A stretch of DNA of 16,611 nucleotides from a virus: the UHGV virus genome UHGV-0310400; one strand, written 5' to 3'. This document shows, piece by piece, positions 1 to 5,519 of this stretch. A program made the position numbers and the translations under genes. The number at the start of each line of letters is the position of its first letter. Position 1 is the stretch's first letter. The notes under the pieces are model-generated. The model was not told the origin of the DNA, made no database searches, and was given only the letters and a program-made list of their open reading frames with translations.

Positions 1-63
1 ACGGTTGATGAGGGCTTTATTGTAGGTGGGCCAGTTGGTGATTTTGAACTTTTGCTTTGCCAC
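1..63 (-). CDS. IS5-family (IS903-like) transposase, N-terminal fragment; partial, continues past the window start
   Basis: Minus-strand frame from a GTG at 63-61 translates as VAKQKFKITNWPTYNKALINR and stays open to position 1. This matches my recollection of the IS903 transposase N-terminus (..KQKFKITNW.TYNKALINRG..). Start codon choice is uncertain. Confidence 0.6.
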   Translation of the reverse strand, partial: MAKQKFKITNWPTYNKALINR

Positions 64-140
64 GGAACGGTCTGCGTTGTCGGGAAGATACGTGATCTGA
101 TCCTTCAACTCAGCAAAAGTTCGATTTATTCAACAAAGCC
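1..140 (-). mobile_element. Terminal segment of an IS903-group (IS5 family) insertion sequence; the element continues beyond the window start
   Basis: Minus-strand sequence reading inward from position 140 is GGCTTTGTTGAATAAATCGAACTTTTGCTGAGTTGAAGGATCAGATCACG..., which I recognise from memory as the IS903/Tn903 terminal inverted repeat and adjacent sequence, with a few substitutions. The outermost base of the inverted repeat is at 140. Not verified by alignment. Confidence 0.75.
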
Positions 141-1384
141 AAATCACCAGCAAATAATCCGTGATCAGTAATGCGAATATAAGCGACTTGCTGATTTGCT
201 GCTTTCGTTATACCACCATAAACGCGAAGGCTGCGACTCATTGGGCGATCCCACAACTCTGCAACCTGCAGTTTATTTCCTCTCACGGTCCGCGTCTCAA
301 TTACAGCAAAAAGGCGATTTCTGACAACCCCCATACTCATGCAGTGATAGTTAACTGTGGGATAGTTTTCATGTAAATCTGTAAGCCATTCCGGCGTTGT
401 CCAGGTCTTCCCGTCATCTCCTGAGCGAACCCATGCAACATGGAGGTTATTTACACCATGGCGGTCTCCAGCCATAAAAGGCGCATAGATGACATTGTCA
501 TATACAAACGTTTTATCCTGCGTCCAGGCGTTGTACCACGGTGTATCTGTAATTTTAAATAACTCTCCCTGGATAAAATCTTCAGAAGCATAAAAAAGAG
601 GCTGGCCCGGTATTCTCTCAAATAAAAAACGAGCATTTTTAAATCGACTGACATCCGGAAGAGTTGATACTTTAAAAGTAAGCCCTAATCCGTCAATTTT
701 ATAACCTGGAGATGAGGCTTCAAGGCACGCGCTTATTGCAGTGGAATCGTCATTTATACCATCACCAACAGCTCCAAAATCTTTGGGGCTAATAGCATCA
801 CGCATTTTATCCTGGAACGTTCGGTACACAGCCCCAGAACCATACTGAATAAACCAACCAAAACCACCAACAACTCCGGCGATTGCAGCATCGACATAAT
901 TACGCATTGAGCGATTATTTACAGCGTCCTGCTCAAATGATGGATCTGCAAGGTTAGAAATTTTGTTTTGCTTTGCATCGTAATATTTTGCAAGCAGAGA
1001 GGGCTTCATCAATGCACGTCTGAACCACCCAAAACATTGCTGGATCAGCATCGTCAGGTAGTCAAAGGCATCTTCATGCACTTCGGGGAAAAATTTTCCC
1101 TGATTGCGAAGGTCTGTGTCCTGCACTACATCAAGCACACGATCTATCGTAATTCGCCATCCAGTAGCAAGCGGAGACGGAAGAACCACAGAACCGCCAC
1201 TATAAGTGCCCGCCCCAGTTACCGTATAACCGGTATCCAGGACCAATTCTGTTACGTTCCCGTTCAGGTCAGACACCTGAACAACCAGGTCTGATTTTCT
1301 GAAAATTCGAAAAGTATACGGAAACGATGTCGTAACGCCGTTACCGGTGTATTCGTTGTGGTCAACTTCGGTTGAGACCGTCAT
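110..1384 (-). pseudogene. Tail fibre/tailspike gene (T7 gp17 position), 3' end truncated by IS insertion at 140/141; native sequence is 141-1384
   Basis: The 424-aa ORF has an N-terminal segment (EYTGNGVTTSFPYTF...VLDTGYTVTG...) resembling tail-attachment domains of podovirus fibres and tailspikes. It carries a DFGAVGDGINDDSTA motif (plus 758-781) typical of pectate-lyase-like beta-helix depolymerases, and an Asp-box-like SGDDGKTW (plus 401-424). The last 10 codons and the stop lie inside the IS inverted repeat (110-140). SD GGAG precedes the ATG at 1384. Confidence 0.6.
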
Positions 1385-1487
1385 GTTAAATCTCCAGATA
1401 GTCGCAGCACCCGTTGCGCCGCATATCTGGTTATTCTATTACCTGAAAAACCATATATGGATAAAAAGACTATAAATACCAATAGAT

Positions 1488-1504
1488 ATTACCTTTCGGG
1501 TAAT
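1488..1504. promoter_or_regulatory. 17-bp dyad operator-like site, copy 1 (ATTACC-TTTCG-GGTAAT)
   Basis: Perfect 6-bp inverted half-sites separated by 5 bp, in the divergent intergenic region between the tail fibre gene and the 85-aa gene. Same half-sites recur at 2608, 2701 and 3768. Confidence 0.5.
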
Positions 1505-1540
1505 TTGCAAAACGTGCTGGATAGCAAACAAATTATTTGT

Positions 1541-1560
1541 TACTGTATAAACATACAGTT
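1541..1560. promoter_or_regulatory. LexA (SOS) box
   Basis: TACTGTATAAACATACAGTT: CTGT (1543-1546), 8-nt AT-rich spacer, ACAG (1555-1558). Matches the enterobacterial LexA consensus TACTGT-N8-ACAGTA. Lies about 20 bp upstream of the SD/ATG of the 1580 gene. Confidence 0.7.
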
Positions 1561-1579
1561 ATTGCATGGAGAAGATAAG

Positions 1580-1837
1580 ATGCAGCAGTATCACTATCCA
1601 CTGGAAGACGGATTTACCGAAAGGATTCACACGCCGGGAGGCGTCAGGTCACTGGTGGAGGGATCGCACTTGATGAAATTACTCCGGGATCTCGATAAGG
1701 ATGGATTTAATGTCGATGGCCCACTTGCCGAACTGACTGCACTGATTAACTACGTCACCAGCTCACAGATGTCTATGCAGGATCTGCAAACACATCTCGA
1801 CTATTGTGCCGAACAATTACGAAAACAAACCCGGTAA
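1580..1837 (+). CDS. Small (85 aa) SOS-controlled antirepressor-like protein, paralogous to the C-terminal domain of the Bro-N antirepressor at 2986-3696
   Basis: ATG at 1580 is preceded by GGAGA (1568-1572). The track ORF from 1457 would run through the operator and LexA box, so the shorter start is preferred. Residues GVRSLVEGSHLMKLLRDLDKDGFNVDGPLAELTALINYV...DLQTHLDY align by eye with GVLGLTENSLLMNLLNQLQEDGHDVSGAAAELTTMFCYI...DIQTHAEY of the 2986 gene. Confidence 0.6.
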   Translation: MQQYHYPLEDGFTERIHTPGGVRSLVEGSHLMKLLRDLDKDGFNVDGPLAELTALINYVTSSQMSMQDLQTHLDYCAEQLRKQTR

Positions 1838-1844
1838 ATTTAAA

Positions 1845-1860
1845 GGCCGCAAGAGCGGCC
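1845..1860. terminator. Bidirectional intrinsic terminator hairpin between convergent genes
   Basis: GGCCGC-AAGA-GCGGCC perfect 6-bp GC stem, flanked by AAATTTAAA upstream and TATCGTTTCGCTTT downstream. Sits between the stop of the 1580-1837 plus gene and the stop of the 1860-2588 minus gene. Confidence 0.6.
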
Positions 1861-2588
1861 TATCGTTTCGCTTTGTGCTCGTCCCAGCACGTTTTGCACC
1901 ATGCCATTAAGCCGTCCGCATTTTGATTATTAGGGTAAAAGCTGGTCCGTTTTCTGCGGACATTACAAATTGGGCACCACTTCATATGGCGTGTATTCTT
2001 TGGGCCATCGAGGCACCTTGCACACCACTTAGTCAATCCATCTGGATTTTTTGACGATTTCCGGAATTTGTCATATGGAAGGTTTATTCTGCATCGCAAA
2101 CACTGCTTGCGGCCACTTGAAACTCTGTTAGCTGATTCTTCTTTTGGCGGCGATACAGAAGGTATTCTTGCTGGCTCTGATACTGCCTGAGGTGCTTTTT
2201 TAGATGACTGAGACGATATGTCATCACCAGGGAATCTTCCATGATATGCCGGACGCGTTGACACTCCAGGTGGAAGCTCAGCTGTAAACGGCTTTGGCTG
2301 AATCAGTTGCCTCTCTTTTGCTAACTCCTGCTGTTTATAATATGTCTGGATTACCGCACTATCATAAGCAGGAGGTACGGAAATATCAGGCGCGTTACCT
2401 CCAGTTTTTTGAAACTGAGTAGATGTGTGTTCTATCACCTGTGTACGACTAATCGTTACCTCCCCATCTTCGGTCTTTATCGTTTTGTTCTGATTAACGA
2501 CCGTACGATCAGAGATCTTAGTCTTGTTCTGGTTGATAACGTAAATAATCACCGCAACCACACCAACAACTATCCAGAAAACTTCCAT
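1860..2588 (-). CDS. Membrane-anchored protein with N-terminal TM helix, Pro/Ser-rich linker and C-terminal tandem Cys4 zinc-ribbon-like repeats; function unknown
   Basis: 242-aa ORF. N-terminus FWIVVGVVAVIIYVI is hydrophobic. C-terminus has two repeats, CLRC-x22-WCARC and CPIC-x23-WCKTC, each with DGL just before the second Cys pair. Stop codon abuts the terminator hairpin. Confidence 0.6.
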   Translation of the reverse strand: MEVFWIVVGVVAVIIYVINQNKTKISDRTVVNQNKTIKTEDGEVTISRTQVIEHTSTQFQKTGGNAPDISVPPAYDSAVIQTYYKQQELAKERQLIQPKPFTAELPPGVSTRPAYHGRFPGDDISSQSSKKAPQAVSEPARIPSVSPPKEESANRVSSGRKQCLRCRINLPYDKFRKSSKNPDGLTKWCARCLDGPKNTRHMKWCPICNVRRKRTSFYPNNQNADGLMAWCKTCWDEHKAKR

Positions 2589-2607
2589 TGCTTTTCCTCA
2601 CAATAAC

Positions 2608-2624
2608 ATTACCTTAAAGGTAAT
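2608..2624. promoter_or_regulatory. 17-bp dyad operator-like site, copy 2 (ATTACC-TTAAA-GGTAAT)
   Basis: Perfect palindrome about 20 bp upstream of the 242-aa gene start (2588, minus), in the divergent region shared with the antirepressor leader. Confidence 0.5.
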
Positions 2625-2700
2625 ATCTTGCTTTCAGGTGATCAAGCGTTAAACGCAATCAACCAAATACGGTTGATTTTAATATTTCTTCGCGTTTATC

Positions 2701-2717
2701 ATTACCTTTGCGGTAAA
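2701..2717. promoter_or_regulatory. 17-bp dyad operator-like site, copy 3 (ATTACC-TTTGC-GGTAAA)
   Basis: Same half-sites, one mismatch in the right half. Located at the start of the long leader upstream of the Bro-N antirepressor gene. Confidence 0.45.
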
Positions 2718-2751
2718 TTTACATCGCACTCCTCTTGTGCCATAGTAATCG

Positions 2752-2829
2752 GGCACTGGCAAAATCCAGTGCCGGGATTGGCGTCCCGGGTTACTAAGTG
2801 GCGCATACCACGCCAGACGTGGTTTTTTT
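2752..2829 (+). promoter_or_regulatory. Structured leader upstream of the antirepressor gene: overlapping hairpins ending in a terminator-like stem plus T7 tract; candidate attenuator or small RNA
   Basis: Hairpin GGCACTGG-caaaat-CCAGTGCC (2752-2773) overlaps hairpin CCGGGA-ttggcg-TCCCGG (2772-2789). Then CCACG-ccaga-CGTGG (2808-2822) is followed by TTTTTTT (2823-2829). An alternative pairing TGGCG (2798-2802) with CGCCA (2811-2815) competes with the terminator stem. Confidence 0.35.
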
Positions 2830-2985
2830 ATGCGTTAAGCACAGCTATATCCGAATTATGGTGGGCTGGGCAGGGGTCCGAAAGGACGCCGGTACCACTT
2901 AGGCCGGTACGCCAACCTTGTCCAGTTCACCACCAGTAATTGGCGTTGCGGTGGTGATTAAAATCACTAAGTGGAGATAACCACC

Positions 2986-3696
2986 ATGGCTAATGCTCAA
3001 ACTTCCATCTTCAAATTTGAATCTGTTAACCCTATCCGTTCCATCATTATCGATGGCCAACCATGGTTTGTAGCCCAAGACGTTTGTAGTGCGCTGCGTA
3101 TCCAAAACGTCACCCAAGCACTTGAAAAACTGGATGATGATGAAAGGTCTATGTTCAACATAGGGCATGAACATCGTGCAATTTTTGACAGCCGAGTAAA
3201 AGAGATCAACATCATCTCCGAGTCAGGCCTCTACACACTGATCCTCCGCTGCCGCGACGCAGTGACACCAGGCACTATCCCCTACCGCTTTCGTAAATGG
3301 GTTACAGGTGAGGTTCTTCCTCAGATCCGCCGCACCGGAAGCTACATTAAAAACTCGCTCCCGCAGGAAGAACGCATAAAGATGGTTGCCGACCAGGTAG
3401 CCAACGCCACGGCGTCAGCAGTAATGCAGGCGATGAAGATAGAGAACAAAACCTACAGCGCCCCACTGAAGCCCGGCTACCGTAGCCTGATTCATTCGCC
3501 GTCTGGTGTTCTCGGCCTGACGGAGAACTCACTGCTGATGAATTTGCTGAACCAGTTGCAGGAAGACGGGCACGATGTATCGGGCGCGGCGGCGGAGCTG
3601 ACAACCATGTTTTGCTACATCGTTGGTGTGAGTAAATGCCTGCGTGATATCCAGACTCACGCGGAGTACATCAACGACAAAGCAGGATTCTTCTGA
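2986..3696 (+). CDS. Phage antirepressor with N-terminal Bro-N domain
   Basis: ATG at 2986 is preceded by GGAGA (2973-2977); the track ORF from 2971 uses an upstream GTG. N-terminus IFKFESVNPIRSIIIDGQPWFVAQDVCSALRIQN matches the Bro-N signature (F.F....IR....DG.PWF.A.DV...LG). C-terminal approximately 70 aa are paralogous to the 1580-1837 product. Confidence 0.8.
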   Translation: MANAQTSIFKFESVNPIRSIIIDGQPWFVAQDVCSALRIQNVTQALEKLDDDERSMFNIGHEHRAIFDSRVKEINIISESGLYTLILRCRDAVTPGTIPYRFRKWVTGEVLPQIRRTGSYIKNSLPQEERIKMVADQVANATASAVMQAMKIENKTYSAPLKPGYRSLIHSPSGVLGLTENSLLMNLLNQLQEDGHDVSGAAAELTTMFCYIVGVSKCLRDIQTHAEYINDKAGFF

Positions 3697-3704
3697 CGGG
3701 CGGC

Positions 3705-3730
3705 GGCACAGGGATGTGCCTTTAAATAAT
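3705..3730 (+). terminator. Intrinsic terminator downstream of the antirepressor gene
   Basis: GGCACA-ggga-TGTGCC stem-loop (3705-3720) followed by TTTAAATAATT. Confidence 0.45.
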
Positions 3731-3740
3731 TCTGTACAGA

Positions 3741-3769
3741 TTGCAGACCGGGGGTGAATAGCGTACTAT
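3741..3769 (+). promoter_or_regulatory. Sigma70-like promoter for the 3810-5411 operon
   Basis: TTGCAG (3741-3746), 17-bp spacer, TACTAT (3764-3769). The -10 element overlaps operator copy 4. Confidence 0.45.
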
Positions 3770-3784
3770 TACCTTAAAGGTAAA
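3768..3784. promoter_or_regulatory. 17-bp dyad operator-like site, copy 4 (ATTACC-TTAAA-GGTAAA)
   Basis: Identical to copy 2 over 16 of 17 bp. Overlaps the -10 and predicted transcription start of the cargo operon promoter. A second small inverted repeat CATGT-gttt-ACATG (3786-3799) follows. Confidence 0.5.
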
Positions 3785-3809
3785 CCATGTGTTTACATGA
3801 GGAGGAGAT

Positions 3810-4019
3810 ATGGGATTTTGGTTCGCTCGTACAAAAACGAGGGATAATGCACCCAGCCCTCAGGCAAAAAATACAGAAGTTCCGGCGTCAGCGCAGGTTA
3901 ACAAGCGTGGTGGTGTGTATATCTCATCACAGCAAATTTCTGAGCTTCCTGAGGTTAAGGAGATGCGTCGTCTCGCTGCTGCAATCGTTAAACAGGATCT
4001 TGCCACTGTAAGGAAATAG
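3810..4019 (+). CDS. Small (69 aa) hypothetical protein, first gene of the cargo operon
   Basis: Strong SD AGGAGG (3800-3805) 4 nt before the ATG at 3810. Stop TAG overlaps the GTG start of the next gene (TAGTG). Preferred over the alternative-frame ORF 3787-4011, which lacks an RBS. Confidence 0.5.
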   Translation: MGFWFARTKTRDNAPSPQAKNTEVPASAQVNKRGGVYISSQQISELPEVKEMRRLAAAIVKQDLATVRK

Positions 4020-4882
4020 TGTTGTTAGCTCTTCTAATTATCCCCATTCTGGTTAGTGGTTATATTATGATAACCGCTAACCAGTATCATTATTTCCGTT
4101 TATACCGACATGAAGGCCAGCTTCTTTATATGAAAGTAGCTGCATTAGGTACATATTGCCTTGTTGCTTCTGTAATAATTGCCGCATTTATAAAATATAA
4201 ATATCCTGATTTTCACCTAGTTCACGATATGGTGGAAACTTTTAATGTAACGTCAAAACCAGAAACAGATAGAATTTACATGTGGCTACTTCTTCTGTCA
4301 GTCACATCAATTTGCTTCTCTTTGTGTTATGTATCTTTTGTTTGGCTAAAAGATCTTCTTTTAGGTTGTTTTTATAAACGTGATATTTATGACAAAATAT
4401 CAGAGGCAATGAAAGCTAGGGTATTGCGAAAAACGTACTCCCAGGGTTCTTTAGATTTGCTATTGCTTGATGCAATCGAATCAGATCCTAAGAAACCAAT
4501 GTTAATTACTTTATCATCAAATAAAGTATACGTTGGAATAATAAATGGTTCTGGTGAGCCAACGGAAAATCAAGGGCCACACCAACACATATCTTTTGTT
4601 CCTTTAATGTCAGGGTACAGAAACAAAGAAAATTTATCTGTTACATTTACAAACGCTTACCCAGGTGAAATCCAAATTAAGCGCAGTGCTGCGATAAAAG
4701 GGATAAGCAAAAAGAAAGTTCAAGGTCTAGAAATTATGGTATCTATAGACGAAATAAGTCATATATCATGGTTTGACTTTGAAGTATATAAGGCAACAAA
4801 TAACAAAGTAGAAACAAAGGGTCATGTTGTTAATGTGACCAAAAATGGTCGCAACATATACTACAGAAGTGGCAGGAAATAA
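4019..4882 (+). CDS. Multi-pass membrane protein (about 3 TM helices) with a soluble C-terminal domain of roughly 170 aa; AT-rich cargo gene of unknown function
   Basis: 287-aa ORF. Hydrophobic segments LLALLIIPILVSGYIMI, MKVAALGTYCLVASVIIAAFI and YMWLLLLSVTSICFSLCYVSFVWL. Base composition is visibly more AT-rich than the flanking virion genes. GTG start is coupled to the upstream stop; an internal ATG at 4067 is an alternative. Confidence 0.65.
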   Translation: MLLALLIIPILVSGYIMITANQYHYFRLYRHEGQLLYMKVAALGTYCLVASVIIAAFIKYKYPDFHLVHDMVETFNVTSKPETDRIYMWLLLLSVTSICFSLCYVSFVWLKDLLLGCFYKRDIYDKISEAMKARVLRKTYSQGSLDLLLLDAIESDPKKPMLITLSSNKVYVGIINGSGEPTENQGPHQHISFVPLMSGYRNKENLSVTFTNAYPGEIQIKRSAAIKGISKKKVQGLEIMVSIDEISHISWFDFEVYKATNNKVETKGHVVNVTKNGRNIYYRSGRK

Positions 4883-4907
4883 ATTTTACGCAGTTTAGGT
4901 GGCTTAT

Positions 4908-5411
4908 ATGGATAATACTATCTTAGGCGCATTGATAGGTGCTGTTATTGCTATAGTTTCCACTTATATAAATGCAGGACAAGGATACAAAAACAGCATA
5001 AGATTAGAGCGACAAAAAATATTAAGGGATAAACGCGAGCAATTATTTATAAATTGTATACTTACTAAAAAAGTCATAGATTCAAGCACAATTACCATTC
5101 TCAATTTCGTAAAAAATGCCAGATACCACTCTGATAGTAAATTTGACGTATCAAGAGCGAATCCGTTGCAAACGATGGAAATGCTAATAAACATATACCT
5201 TCCTGAGTATAAAAAAGACTTACAAGAACTCAATAATGCGTATCAAGAATTTCACAAATACTACTCTCAATATACATGTGCACATACCTTCAAAAATATG
5301 CCTGATAATGAGAAGTCGAGGTTTATTGAGGAGGCTGATTTTTATGCAAAAAAGATATATGGCAAACTTAATGATATTAAGGACAAGATATCATTAAACT
5401 CAATAGTATAA
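4908..5411 (+). CDS. Single-pass membrane protein (N-terminal TM helix plus soluble domain of about 140 aa); AT-rich cargo gene of unknown function
   Basis: ATG at 4908 with SD AGGTGG (4897-4902); the track ORF starts at an upstream GTG at 4899. N-terminus NTILGALIGAVIAIVSTYI is hydrophobic. Very AT-rich. Followed by a GC-rich palindrome and the terminator at 5496-5513. Confidence 0.6.
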   Translation: MDNTILGALIGAVIAIVSTYINAGQGYKNSIRLERQKILRDKREQLFINCILTKKVIDSSTITILNFVKNARYHSDSKFDVSRANPLQTMEMLINIYLPEYKKDLQELNNAYQEFHKYYSQYTCAHTFKNMPDNEKSRFIEEADFYAKKIYGKLNDIKDKISLNSIV

Positions 5412-5462
5412 CAGCGATACTGCCGCTGACGGCTCCCGCTGCGGTGGGCGTTCTGCGGATTC

Positions 5463-5474
5463 CCGCCCGGGCGG
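5463..5474. repeat. Perfect 12-bp GC palindrome CCGCCCGGGCGG inside a short GC-rich intergenic segment
   Basis: The segment from about 5415 to 5485 is strongly GC-rich between two AT-rich genes and contains this palindrome plus flanking CCGCTG/CAGCGG repeats. Confidence 0.4.
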
Positions 5475-5495
5475 CGGTGGCATTCGTTAAAAACA

Positions 5496-5513
5496 AGGCC
5501 GCGAAAGCGGCCT
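5496..5513. terminator. Bidirectional intrinsic terminator between convergent cargo genes
   Basis: AGGCCGC-gaaa-GCGGCCT 7-bp stem. On the minus strand it is followed by TTGTTTTT, on the plus strand by TGTTTGAT. Lies directly after the stop of the 5520-6371 gene. Confidence 0.6.
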
Positions 5514-5519
5514 GTTTGA

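Noticed and set aside
1451-1460. CCATATATGG palindrome in the divergent promoter region.
   Set aside because: It is short, AT-rich and a single copy, so it cannot be distinguished from chance or from a -10-like element.
1457-1579. Upstream in-frame extension of the 85-aa gene, starting at the ATG at 1457.
   Set aside because: The extension would run through the dyad operator and LexA box. The ATG at 1580 has a proper SD, so the shorter gene is preferred.
2628-2939. 103-aa plus-strand ORF in the antirepressor leader.
   Set aside because: It has no RBS and spans the hairpin and terminator structures; the region reads better as structured untranslated leader.
2971-2985. GTG start at 2971 for the antirepressor, as listed in the ORF track.
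   Set aside because: The GGAGA at 2973-2977 is positioned as the SD for the ATG at 2986, so the upstream GTG is unlikely to be used.
3731-3747. CTGTACAGATTGCAGAC, which superficially resembles a LexA box.
   Set aside because: The CTGT and CAG elements are at the wrong spacing for CTGT-N8-ACAG. The segment is better explained as the -35 region of the cargo promoter.
3787-4011. Alternative-frame 74-aa ORF overlapping the 69-aa ORF.
   Set aside because: It has no SD, whereas the 3810 ORF has AGGAGG at ideal spacing and couples to the downstream gene.
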